From the human T2T-CHM13v2.0 reference genome, Homo sapiens, in NCBI RefSeq assembly GCF_009914755.1, contig NC_060935.1: a stretch of 64,000 nucleotides of DNA; one strand, given 5' to 3'. Both the position numbers and the translations under genes were made by a program. Below are positions 27,150-42,697 of the stretch, in pieces. How positions within the stretch are numbered: the first letter of the stretch is position 1; every line of letters starts with the position of its first letter. The notes under the pieces are model-generated. The model was not told the origin of the DNA. It was given only the letters and a program-made list of their open reading frames with translations, and made no database searches.

Positions 27150-30100
27150 ATCATCCATGAGCGTGGGATGTTTTTCCATTTGTTTTTGTCACATATGATT
27201 TCTTTCATCAGTGTTTTGTAGTTCTCCTTGTACAGATCTTTCAACTCCTTGGTTAAATGTATTCCTACATATTTTTCATAGCTATTTTAAATGGGATTGC
27301 ATTCTTGATTCGGTTCTCAGCTTTATCATCATTGATGTGTAGAAATGCTACTAATTTCTGTAGTTTGATTTTTGTATCCTCAAACTTCAGCGAAGTTACT
27401 TATAAAATCTAGGAATCTTTTGGAGGAGTCTTTAAGATTTTATAGGTGTAAGAGTACATCATCATGTAACAGAGATAATTTGACATCCTCTTTTCCAATT
27501 CGGATGCTTTTCATTTCTTTCTCTTGCCTGATGGCTCTAGCTAGGATTTCTAGTACTATGTTGAATACAAGTGGTGAAAGTAGGCATCTTTGTCTTGTTC
27601 CAGTTCTTAGGGGCAATGCTTTCAAGTTTTCTCTGTTCAGTAGGATGTTGCTTGTGGGTTTGTCATATATGGCCTTTATTATTTTGACATATATTTCTTC
27701 TATGCTTAGTTTGGTAATCGTTTTTATCATGAAAGGATGCTGGTTTTTTTAATGCTTTTTCTGCATCTATCAATGTGATCATATGGTTTTTGTTTTTAAT
27801 TCTGTTTATGTGGTGAATCACATTTATTGATTTATGTATGTTGAACCAACCTTGCATCCCTGGAATAAAATCCACTTGACCATAGTGTATTATCTTTTTG
27901 ATCTGCTGTTGGATACAATGTGCTAGTGTTTTGCTGAGGATTTTGACATCTATGTTCATCAGGGATATTGGTCTCTAGATTTCTTTTTTGATATGTCCTT
28001 GCCTGGCTTTGGTATCAGGATGATGCTAGCTTCGTATAATAAGTTAGGGAGGGTTCCCTCCTTCTTGATCTTTTTGGAACAGTTTTAGTAGGATTAGTAT
28101 CAGTTCTTCCTTGTACATCTGGTGTAACTGGCCTGTGTAGACATTTGTTTGGGCCAAATAGGAAAAAAAAAAAAGGATTCAACTGTGAATCTGTCTGGTC
28201 TTGGGCCTTTTTTGTAGTTTTTGGCAGATTTTTTATTACCGATTCAATTACGCTACTCATTATTGGTGGGTTCAGGATTTCTATTTCTTCCTGGTTCAAT
28301 CTTGGGAGGTTTCTGTTTCCAGGAAGGTATCCATTTCCTCTAGATTTTCCAGTTTGCACACATAGAGATGCTCAGAGTAGTCTCCCATGATCTTTTCTAT
28401 TTCTATTGTACCAATTATAATGACATCTTTGTCATTTCTGATTGTGCTTATTTGAATATTCCCTTTTTTAATAAGTTAACCTAGTAGTGGTCTATCACTT
28501 TTGTTTATCTTTTGTTCTGTTTTTTTGTTTGTGTGTTTGTTTGCTTGCTTTTTAAAGACAGGGTCTTTCTCTGTCACCCAGGCTGGAGTGCGATGACACA
28601 ATCATGGCTCACTGCAGCCTTAACCTCCCAGACTCAAGAGATCTTCCCACCTCATCCCCCCAAGTAGCGAGAGTCCAGGGGTGTGCCACCATATCCAACT
28701 TTTTATTTTTTAAAATTTTTTTATAGAGACAGGGTTTCAGTATGTTGCCCAGACTGGTATCAAGCTCCTGGGCTCAAGTGGATCTCCTGCCTCATCATCC
28801 CAAAGTGCTGGGATTACAGGTGTTAGCCCCCACATTCAGCCTTTCAAATAACCAAGTTTTCATTTTATTGATCCTTTGTATTATTTTTTGGTCTCAGTTA
28901 CATTTAGTTCTGCTCTCATCTTTGTTATTTCTTTTCTTCTACTAAATGTGTGTGCGGTTTGTTCTTGTTTTTCTATTTCCTTGAGGTGCAATATTAAGTT
29001 GTTAATTTAAGATCTTTCTACCTTTTTGATGTAGGCATGTAATGCTATAAACTTCGCTCTTAGCACTACTTTTGCTGTATCCCAGAGGTTTTGATAGGTT
29101 GTGTCTCTATTTTGTTTCAAAAAATATTTTTATTTCTGCCTTAATTTCATCATTGACCCAACAATCAATCAGGAGCTGATTATTTAATTTCCATGTATTT
29201 TTATAGTTTTGACTGTTCCTCTTTGTGTTCATTTCTAGTTTTATTCTCCTGTGACCTGAGAAAGTACTTGATATAATTCCAATTTCTTAAAATTTGTTGA
29301 AACTAGCCTTGTGGCCTAGCATATGTTCAGTCTTTGAGAATGTTCCATGTGCAGATGAGAAGAATGTATATTCTGTGTTTGTAGGGTAGAATGTTCTACA
29401 AATGTCTGTTAAAACTGTACAGTCTAGAATCCAGTTTAAGTCCAGAGTTTCTGTATTGATTTTCTGTCTCAATGATCTGTCTAGTACTGTCAGAGGGATA
29501 TTGAATCCTCCAGTATTATTGTATTGGTGTCTATATCTTTTCTTAGACCTAGTAGTATTTGTTTCTTAGATCTAGTGGTATCTGGGTACTCTGGTGTTGG
29601 GTGCACATATACTTAGAATTGTTATATATTCTTGTTGGATTGATCTTTTTGTCTTTATATAATGACCTCCTTTGTCTTTTTTATGGTTGTTGATTTAAAG
29701 TCTGTTTTATGGTTGTTGATTTAAAGTCTGTTTAATCTGATATAATTATAGCTACTTCTGCTCATTTTTTGTTTCTGTTTGCATGGAATATCTTTTTCTA
29801 CCCCTTTGGTTTGAGTCTGTAAATGTCTTTACCAGTTAGGTTGGTTTCTTGTATGCAGAATATGGTTGGATTTTGCTTTTTTAAATCCATTTCCCTAGCA
29901 TATATCTTTTAAGTGGAGAATTTTGTCCATTTACATTTGGGTTAGTATTGATATGTAAGGTTTTGTTCCTGTTAAGTGTTAATTGTTACTCTGTTGCTTT
30001 GCAGTCTTCATTGTGTAACTGCTTTATAAGACCTAGGAGTTTTATATTTTCCTGTGCTTTTATGATGACAAGTATCACCTTTTCATTTCTATGTTTAGAA

Positions 30101-31990
30101 CTCCCTTGAGCATTTCTTGAAGGGTTGGTCTGGTGGTGAGAAATTCCCTTAGTGTTTGTCTGGGAAAGACTTTTTATTTCTCCTTCATTTATGAAGCTTA
30201 GTTTAGCAAGATAAAAAATTTCTTGGCTGGCATTTCTTTTCTTTACAAAGACTGAAAATAGGATTCCAGTCTCTTATAGCTGAGAAGTCCACTGTTAGTC
30301 TGATGGGATTTCCCTTATAGGTGATTAGATGTTTCTCTCTTTCCTCTTTTAGGGTTTTTTCCTTCATGTTAACTTAATAGTCTGATGAGTATGTGCTTTC
30401 GCGAGGTTCTTCTTGCAATGTATCTTCAAGAGGTTTGAGCTTCTTGTATTTGGCTCTATATATCTCTAGCAAGACCAGAGAAGTGTTCCTGAATTATTCC
30501 CTCCAATAGGCCTTCCATACTTGTAATTTTTCCCCTTCTCCTTCTGAAATATCTATAACTTGTAGGTTTGAGCCATATGCATAGTCTCATATTTCTTGAA
30601 GGCTCTGTTCATTTTGTAAAATTTGTTTTTCTTTATATTTGTCTGACTGGGTTGATTTGAAAGACCTGTCTTCCAGCTCTGAAATCCTTTCTTCTGCTTG
30701 GCCAAGCCTATTGTTGCAGCTTTCAACAGTATTTCACACAGGAAAATATAAAACTCCTAGGTTAGCCCCTGTAATCCAGAACTTCTGTTTGGTTTTCTTA
30801 ATAATATCTGTCTCTTCTTTCATATTCTGAATTGTTTTTCTGATTTTGTGTGTGCGTGTGTGTGTGTTTGTGTGTGTCTCTGTGTGTGTGTGTTTTCAAC
30901 TTTCTCTTCACTGGATGTTTTTAAAATCAATATTTTGAATTCTTTATCTGGCATCTCAAAAATTTTATTTTGGTTAATATCCATTGCTAAAGAGTTAGTG
31001 TGGTCCTTTGCTGGGGGTTATAACACTATCTTTAAATACTTTCAGAACTGTTCTTCTGGTTCCTTCTCATCTGGGTAAGCTATCTCTTCTGCTTATTTTT
31101 GAATTTACTTTCATTGGGATGAGATATTTTTCTCTCTCTCAAGGATTTGACTACAATTTTTATGGTATTGAGTCCTTTGGCTTTGGTTCTGGGTGCTTCC
31201 AGTGGCAAAGACTTTGTGTAGTTTCCTTAGTTACAGATAGCTTTTGTACAGTAGCTTTCTTAAATGCTGGCTGTGCTAGCAATGTACTGGGCAGATGAGC
31301 AGGCTCTCTGCCTCCTGCATGGCTCGTGTAGCAGAGGCCTCAGGAAGCTAATCTAGTTCCCCACTGCTGTGTGCTTATGTCAGCAAAGTATATTTTGGCT
31401 TGTGCAGTTCATCCTCAGTCTGTGGGTGATGCTTATGGGTAACAGCCAGGTGCAGCTGAGGTAAATGGGTATATGCTTGATCTTTGTTTGCCATAAGATG
31501 CTCCCTGTTGCCTCAGGCAATAGACCATCCTGTGGAATGCACAGTGGTCTGAGCTCCCTGCTCAGTTCCAGGAGAGACCAAGCTTGGCCTGCCAAATTGG
31601 GCAGGCCCACCTCTTCATCCCCCAGTGGCAGGTGTAAGCACTGGCTCCAAAGTAAAGTCCAGAAGGCAGCCACCAAGCACCTAGAGTTGTGCCTGAGTAT
31701 GGAGTGGAGAAACTTCTGCTTCCCCAAGTTTTCCACCCAGGAAAGGAGGGGTGGCCTAAACACCTAAACAGTGGGTGTGCTGAATGCCTGGAGATAAATC
31801 CAGGCATGGAGTAGAGGGGGTGTCACTGCACCAAGATCTCTGTACCTGAAGGAAGAGGTAGCTCAGGTTCCTAATCCAGGTAAGTGAGTATACCAAATTA
31901 TGCCCCAGTGTGGAGCAGAAAGGGCCCCACTGCACCAAGGGACCTCTGAACAGAAAGGAATATTTGACCCACTTGACCCAGGAGGCCAAC
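27150..31990 (-). mobile_element. Long antisense L1 (L1PB/L1MA-age): 5'UTR, ORF1, ORF2 through the RT; 3' end missing; contains an antisense AluJ at ~28510-28841
   Basis: RT remnants in the ORF track ([30 protein letters not shown]; [26 protein letters not shown]) and an endonuclease remnant (EYTFFSSAHGTFSK). Confidence 0.93.
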
Positions 31991-32332
31991 AGGGGAAGAA
32001 TGGAGCTACTCAGAATGAGAGGATTTCTCCCTTTGTATTCTGTAAGAAAGGAAGAAGAGAAATTGGAAACATTAATTTAGAGGAGATCAAACTTGTTGCC
32101 ATTTCTCCTAGCCAGTGAATTCACAGGTCCTGAGCCATTTGGATGTGTCTTTGAGCCCCTTGGGGAGTGTTGATTTAATCATCAGTTCGCAGCAATTTCA
32201 GAAGAGAGGGAACATTTTAAATCACACCAAAGAGATTCAAACAGCAAAATGTGGAGTATGGGAAACTATAGGGGAAAAAATGTCAACATTTCTTCAACAA
32301 ATAACTTGTAAAGGGTAGAAGTATATTTATTA

Positions 32333-32770
<438 letters not shown>

Positions 32771-33652
32771 CTATATTTGATGATATTGAGGAATTATGGT
32801 TACTTGCTTAGATATAATAGGAGTGTTGTGGTTGCATTGTTTTTTAAACACTCCTTATCTCTTAGAGATATATACTGAAATAGTAATAATGAAAAGTATG
32901 ATATCAGAAATTTTCTTACTAATAATTCAGTTTGAATTAAGGAAAGTGGGTGAGGAGAATATATCTAACAATATTGGCCATGATAATTATCAAAGCAGAG
33001 TGATGGGTACTTGGGGGCTCATCATACTATTATATTTTTACATATGTTTGAAACTTATAAAAATTAACCTTAACCCCTACCTCACAGCACATAAATGAGT
33101 AATTAAATCTGTGTCACAGACCTAAATGTGAAAGCTAAAACTATAAAGATCCTAGAAGAAAACGTAGAGAGTATTTTCATGACCTTGGAGTGGGCAAAAG
33201 TGTTTTAGTTAAGACACAAAAGTCACTTTCTTTCTCACACAAAAAATAATAAATCCAACTTCATAAAAACTAAAAACACACGCTTTTCAAAAAAAAAATA
33301 AATAAAACCAAAATGAGATGCCATTACACACCCACCAGAATGGCCAAATTTTAAAAAAAGATTGGCCACAAAAAGTAATCAAGGAGATAGAGTAATTTGA
33401 ACCTTCATGCATTGTGAGTGGAACTCTACAATTTTAAGCCAATTTTAGAAATTGGTCTAACAATTATCATAAACATAAACATATATCTACCAAGCAATTC
33501 CACTCTTAGGTATATGCCTAAAATAAACATGTACAAATATTCACAAAAAGTTTTGTAATGTAATACTCATAAGAGCTTTATTTATAATAGCCGAAACTTT
33601 AAATAACCCAGATGTCTAGCTACAGAAGAATAGACAAAGAAGAAATTGTTTT

Positions 33653-35786
<2,134 letters not shown>

Positions 35787-36719
35787 GAAATTGTTTTGTG
35801 TTTATACAATGAATTATACCTACTCAATAATATGAACTACTAACAAGTGAAAACAAGAATGGATCTCAAAACTGTTTTGTTGAGCAAAATAAACTAGAAA
35901 CAAAAGTGCATTCTGTATAATTCCATTTATGTGAAGTTCAATAACAGGCAAAACAGATCTATGGTAATGGAAATCAATATAGTGGTTACCTCTGGAAGGG
36001 GGTGGCATCACCCAGAAAGAGACATAAGGAAACTTTCTGGAGTGATGAAAATGTTCTAATCTTTTTCTGGATGATGGTCACGTAAGTTTTTATCTATGTA
36101 AAAAAATGTACTGATCTATTCCCTTCAGATTGTGCATTTTACTGACTGTAATGCGTAACTCCATAAAGCAATATTGTAAGAACATAAGAGACAAAAACAG
36201 AGACATAAATTACTGACAGCATGATAGACTATGTACTTTAAGAAATATCTAGATGCTGAATAAACTACAACAATTACACATTTAAATGCAAGTCATGGCA
36301 GAAAGGAGAACGTAAAAATACAGAGAGAATTGAATAACTGTGTATAAGTAGCAGGAATGTACAAGAAGGAGGCTAGAAGCTAGGAGGATAGGGGGAAAGT
36401 TGAAGAGAAATGATGCCAGAAAGCATGACAGTGAGCTGGAAAATATTTCTAGCCAGAAATCCATAGAGCAAGAAATGGTCCGTTGATATTTACATCAATG
36501 AAAGCTGTCAGTTGTTACACGCACATGCTGTAACCCCTTTTGTTACACAAACCTTTATGAAAGTATGCCAGACATAACTTTTATTAATGATGATTTGAGG
36601 GAAATTAAAGGGAAAACTAAATATGTAGCACACCTAGGATGATATAGGCAAGAAGGAAGGAAAGCAACCATAAGGTCTGTGTGATAGTAGGGAAAGAAGA
36701 AAACAACCATCCATCTTAT

Positions 36720-36884
36720 ACCATCTGAGGACACAGACAAAAGGCACCATTTATTAATGAAAAGGCTGGGTCCTGACCAGTCACTGGATTTTTCAGTCAC
36801 TAGTACTGTGTGAAATAAATTTTTGTTGTTTATTAGCTACTCAGTCTATGCATTTTGTTACAGCAGCCCAAACAGATTAAGACA
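36720..36884 (+). mobile_element. MLT1 (MaLR) LTR 3' fragment
   Basis: ACTGTGTGAAATAAATTTTTGTTGTTT..TTTTGTTACAGCAGCCCAAACAGATTAAGACA terminus. Confidence 0.8.
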
Positions 36885-36889
36885 GGAGG

Positions 36890-38170
36890 CTTCCACCCAA
36901 GTAGAGTGAGAAGTAATACATGCTAAGAAAGGTTGGTGTCATTGATGGAAGACTGGTTACATGTGGGGAGATTGATCAAATAAGTAAATATATTAAGTAT
37001 ATTGAGAGCTGGTTCCTCATTGTTAGAAAAGAGAATTATAATTATGGAAAGGAATAAAACTAGCAGGAACCCTGTGATACTGGACTGAAATTGGAAGCAT
37101 CATGGTTTTCAATATATAATGATAGATGTAGAAATAAATATATATGTATAATTATGGAAAGATATATATCATTCCTAACTCTATCCCCTGAGAGGGTCTG
37201 AGATCAGCAACACTTCACTAGCTATGAGTACAATTTGTACCAATGTGTGGTTTCTAAAATACCACTCTCTAATGAAAGAAACCAGGGCTCCTTGGAGAAA
37301 TGGCTGATTTCAGGGCTGGGGTAGAGAAATTACAAGATAAGCCTAGAATATCGTGCTAAAAGACACAGGAGGACTCAGAGAACGATGGGACCACGTCAAA
37401 AGGACAGAGAATTCAGCTTAAAGGGGTTCCTACTGACCAAATCAAAGAAAATTTGAGCAGCAAAATAAAAATAGTAACAAAGTATAATCCATTGAATAAA
37501 ATAAATAAATGAATAAATGAGAAGTTCAAAGGGAAACACATTATTTACATATTTTCAAAGTCCCTACCCATAAAATACTTATTTATTACAAAGTTAAAAA
37601 TGAGTAAATTTAACTGGACAATCCTGGCAGAGATAATCAAATGATTAAAGTAAACATCATCGGTAGCAGGACAAATTGAAATCATGCATCATCTAATAAG
37701 ATGCTGTGAAAACACAGCATCATTCCTGCTAGATATGCATAACCTGAATCTAACCGTGAGGAAACTTGATGCAGACCCAAACAGAAAGATATTCTACAAA
37801 ATAACTGGCCAGTAATTATCAAGAGTTTCAAGGTCATGAAAATTAAGGAAAGTCTGAGAAACTGGTCCACATTGAAGAAGTGATAACAACTAAATTCGAA
37901 GCTTGATTCTGAATTATAACTTCTGGCTATAAAGCATATTATTGGAGCAACTGGGGTAACTAATGGGATCTGAGGATTGGATGGTAATAATATGCCAATA
38001 TTAATTTCCTGATTTTGATGATATATTGTTGTTATGGAGAATTGTCAGAATTGGCACTAAAGTATTTGGAGGCAACGGGACATTATGTCAGCAACTTACT
38101 CTCAAGTGTTTAAGTTTAAAAAATCTGCATATGGAACTTTTTTGGAAGTTTGCAGGTGTTTCAAACTTTT
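36890..38170 (+). mobile_element. L1MC-type 3' region
   Basis: GAAAGAAACCAGGGCTCCTTGGAGAAATGGCTGATT and CATAACCTGAATCTAA..GAGGAAAC motifs. Confidence 0.75.
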
Positions 38171-38504
38171 TTAATGAAGCTTTACAGTGAGCCGTAATGG
38201 TACCACTGCACTCCAGCCTGGGCTACAGAGTGAGACCTTGTCTCAAAACAAATGGCAATCATGAGGGATTGTTATTTAAAAAGAAAAGAAAAGAGATATT
38301 TTAAAGATAATAATGTTAAGAGTTCAATTAAAACACAAGCCATAGAGACACAATGTTTGGCAGTCTTTCTCAGTAATGGTCTCTTGAGAAAATTAAATTC
38401 TATAAAAAATATCATGAATGACTTCTTAAAAAATTCTCATAACAATGTTATATAGCTAATACCATTTCTAGATGCAATGGTGAGATGTTAATCCATTACA
38501 CACA

Positions 38505-38626
38505 CAATGGTGTAAAGTAATGGTAACTTTACACCATTGGGTATATTTTACACAATGGATACTTCACACCATTGGATACTTCACACCATTGGATACTTTT
38601 ACACAACGGATGCTTTACACCATTGG
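38505..38626. repeat. 14-bp hairpin followed by a 6-unit, 16-19 bp minisatellite
   Basis: CAATGGTGTAAAGT (38505-38518) / ACTTTACACCATTG (38526-38539), then units ACAC(C/A)A(T)TGGATACTT. Confidence 0.9.
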
Positions 38627-39176
38627 GGCATAATTCCTTTGTGGTATTCAGAATAGAAAGCTTAGGAAAGAGAAAAGGGTTAAGAAGAAAGCATGGGTTC
38701 CTGGCTTGGAAACTGTGAAGCTGGGAGTTCTATTTACTGAAATTAGAAACACACATATTCCCCCTCTTTTTGGTGTAGAAAGTTCTTCCACATCTAATGT
38801 ACTGGTTCTTGTCCTTTCTGCCCAATCTACCTGAATGGCCCACCACCAAACTAGCTCCTCATGTCCTAAAACAAAGTTCTTATTTTTCATTCTTCTATAC
38901 CCCATCTCTACCCTCAGTTGATTGGACTTTACCCTGGAGATGACAGGAAGCCAGTGTTTTGTAACCATCTCTTCAAGGTCGGGGTCTATATAGATGTACT
39001 TGTGCAATCTCACACCATAACACAGTGCCTGCCACAGAACAGGTGCTCTGTATTGAGTAAATAATTTGGAATGCATTATTTATGATAACTAAACCACTGG
39101 GGTTTTTTTAAGCAAGCAAATGACAAGATTTGTATTTACAGGGATTACTCAGGCTACAATGTACAGAATCTTCTAG

Positions 39177-39395
39177 AGTAGGATTTCTCAACCTCAGCAC
39201 TATTGATATTTGGACTTGATAATTCTTTGTTGTGGAGGGTTGTTCTGTGCATTGCAGGATTTTTAGCAGCATCCCTGGCCTCTTCCACCAAATGCCAGCA
39301 ACGTCCCACTGCCCCCAGTTGTGACAATGAAAATAGTCTCCAGTCATTGCAATGTCACCTATGAAGCAAAATTGCTCCTGGTTGAGAACTACTGC
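39177..39395. mobile_element. MER20 DNA transposon
   Basis: TTTCTCAACCTCAGCACTATTGA..GTTGTGACAA..GGTTGAGAACTACTG. Confidence 0.88.
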
Positions 39396-42300
39396 CCTAG
39401 AGGGAAAAGATGAAAGATCAGTCAGATAGAGGTCGTTTACTGGAAAATGTTATAGGGGAAAGAGGGCAGTGCACTTACATTGATTGAAAATGTCTACTAT
39501 GAGCTGGGGACTTTACATATGTTTTCGTATTTTAAAGTGGGGTATGAGACAAGAGAACCCCACCTCCATCCCCACTGGCCCCTGAAATCCCTTCAGGGTA
39601 ACCTAAGGTCAATCTCCTAAATTATTAAACCCTAAAACAAACACCATAACCTTCCCTGGCCCCATTTGAGTGCAGTGAAGTCTAATTCCCACGCCATGTC
39701 AAAGAGGAGTGTTTGACATTACTCCATGGGTATTAAGTTATTCTGGGTAGGCTTCAAAATCACTTTCCAGTCAGCTCCAAGGGGGAAACAGGCAGAGGTT
39801 CTTTGACACAAGCTGGTCAAACTCCATGACTTGGGTGACTTCTTCCTCTGCCCAAGCTCTCGGCCATCCTTGGAGAGCCTCTCCCTGGGGCCCATGCAGT
39901 GGCTGAGCCGAGAGCTGAATGCTGGCGCTGGGTCAGTTTTCCTGGTGAGGTCCAACTCAGAGGGACCAGGCAGATGCCTCTGCATTCGCTCAGCAGTCTA
40001 ACAACTCGGTCTGCTCCTCTGCTCCCACCAACGCCCGCTGGTTGCTGCTGGTATTAATAACATGAGCAGCAGGAGGCTTCGCACCAGGATCAGGGCTGTC
40101 TGGATAATTAGCCAGTGGCCTAGGACCAGTGAGTAAATTACTCTGTGACCTGAGAATCCAGCTGGCTACCACCATCACTCAGGCCTGCTCACTTTATTGC
40201 TCTCCCCTCCTGCTGCACTCTGTCTAGTTTACATTCAGAGCATTGATTTCATGCCTTTTTGTTTTCCATCTTAGGGTGAGAAGTAGTCACTTTGGGGAGA
40301 CTGGTTCTCAGGTCAGTGGGATGGCTGTAGTGACATGGGAAAGAGGAATATTGGAGTTTTTGTTTTGTGCAATCATTTAGTGAGTCCCAGCATGTCAGCA
40401 CCTGCTCTCTGTGGCATTCCCAAATGCATTTCAATCTTTTTTATCAGAGTTGTGACGTTCTCTAATAAACTGCATATATATATTTGCATATTGGAGAAGG
40501 AAAGGGTAGAGAAAAAACTCTCACGTCACTCCCAACTTACACACTCCATGCCAAGACTATCAAATGGGAAAGTGCATTCAAGTTAATTTTCCCAAATGCT
40601 GTGGTCTTCTTGGAGCATTTGCACAAACTGTTTCCTTTGCCTAGAGCACTATTTGTTCTCCCTTTTACCCCACTTTCACTCACCTTTCAAGTCTTTCTTA
40701 GACATTACTCTCCCCAGGAAGCTTTTCCTAACCCATTTGGTTGCTCACTCCTCTGGGCTCCCAAAGCATCCTATTCCATATTACATGACTAATCCCAGTT
40801 TGTGGCAATTACCTGTTTTCTTGTCTGTTACGTCTTTCAGATCATGAGCTTGGTGAGAACAAGAACCAGGCCACATCTGTACCAGGCCCCCATTTAAGTA
40901 GCCAATGAAAATTAATAAACTGACATAGAAAGATATCAATAAATTCTACTTTCCAGGCAGACCTGATTCCCAGCTTTAACCCAGCCAAGGCACCCACTTA
41001 GACACCCAGCAGCGTTCTCCACAGAGTTGTCACAAGCATTCTCAATGGGAAACCTACAGCTTCAGCAGAACTTCCTTCTCATTTCATGGAATTACCAACT
41101 GCATCTCTCCCTCTTTTCAACTCACCAATTTCTATAAATGCATCTGAAGATAATTCTGTAATTCTCATTTAATGTTTACTTTAACTCCATAATTCATCTA
41201 AAAAACGCAAATATTCTGGTTTGGCTGGTTAAACTCCTTTGTAACCTTGATTGAGACATTTACGTGCATTCAGTTTTGATTTCCTCTTGCGTAGAATGAA
41301 TTTGATCTTTTAAGTGCCTTCCATCCTTAAAGTTTTCTGATTCTAAAATTTGAAGTATATTTTGTAACCCTGTACCATTACAACAGTTCCCACTTTGCTG
41401 CAAAATCTTTTTGACAAACGGGATATATAAACAAAATAATTAATTAAAATAGAAATACTTTTTTTTTTCACAAAGGGGCCATAAAGGAGATCATAGTTGG
41501 GCCCCTGCTTATTCCTCTAACCTGTCCCCACTCCACTGCTAACTACAAACTGCTTCCAGTTCCTCTCTGCACAAATGCTTTCCTGGCCAAAATGCTTTTA
41601 CCTGTGCCATTCCCTCTGCTCAGAATGCCCTTTCTCCTCTGTGTACCTAGCAAACTTCCAATTCTGCGTTGAAACCCACCTGTGGCCACATCTTTTAGGA
41701 TGTCTCTTTTAACTTGGGATAGAGCACCAAGCAATGGGGAAGAGTTTGGACTGGGAAGTCAAGCAGACCCAGGACTCTAATTTGGCCCACCAAGTGCCAG
41801 CTGTGATACTATGGGAACGTGACTTACTTGATCTGACTGAGCCTCAGCCTCCTCATCTGTGAATGGGATGATAGCAGTTCCTACCTCCTGGGGCTGTTGG
41901 GATTGAATGAGGTAACTCAAGCAAAGCATTTGGCTCACCTCCAAGCAAATAATATGCACAATATGAGTCTTAGCTATTATTATTAATTTTCCCAAGTTAG
42001 AATTAATCATTTCTAATACACATTTTTAGCTGCACCTTACATTTCTGCCTCCCTATAACTTGTGACCTTCTTAGAAGTCAGAGACTGACTTACTCCTATC
42101 TGTATCTCCAGAACTGTGCATAACGCCCAGCATGTAAGTAGTCAATTATACATCTAGAAGAGTATTCTTCAAAGAACAAGATTTAGAACTTTAAAATAAA
42201 AATAAAAAGTGTGCAACTTGTTATGTGATAATATTCCAGATTGGCTGGGGCACTTTTGTATTCATGTTCCCATTTTTATTTTGATTCTCACATGAATTAA

Positions 42301-42453
42301 TATGTCAAGTATTATTATCTCTAGTTCACAAATGAGAGAGCAGAGGACCAGAAGAATTTGGTTTTGGGCCAGAGTTACAGAGGAGGTTGCAGAACTCAAA
42401 CCTGTATCACTTTTATCCCCTCTTATGTTTCTCTTGCCCCCAAAGAGGAATAG

Positions 42454-42697
<244 letters not shown>

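Noticed and set aside
27372-29472. Reverse transcriptase and endonuclease ORFs as a novel RT system
   Set aside because: Ordinary decayed L1 ORF2 fragments (catalytic motif reads LHDD, frame broken).
38531-38626. Regularly spaced short repeats resembling a CRISPR array
   Set aside because: No unique spacers, units are tandem, and the context is eukaryotic with no cas genes.
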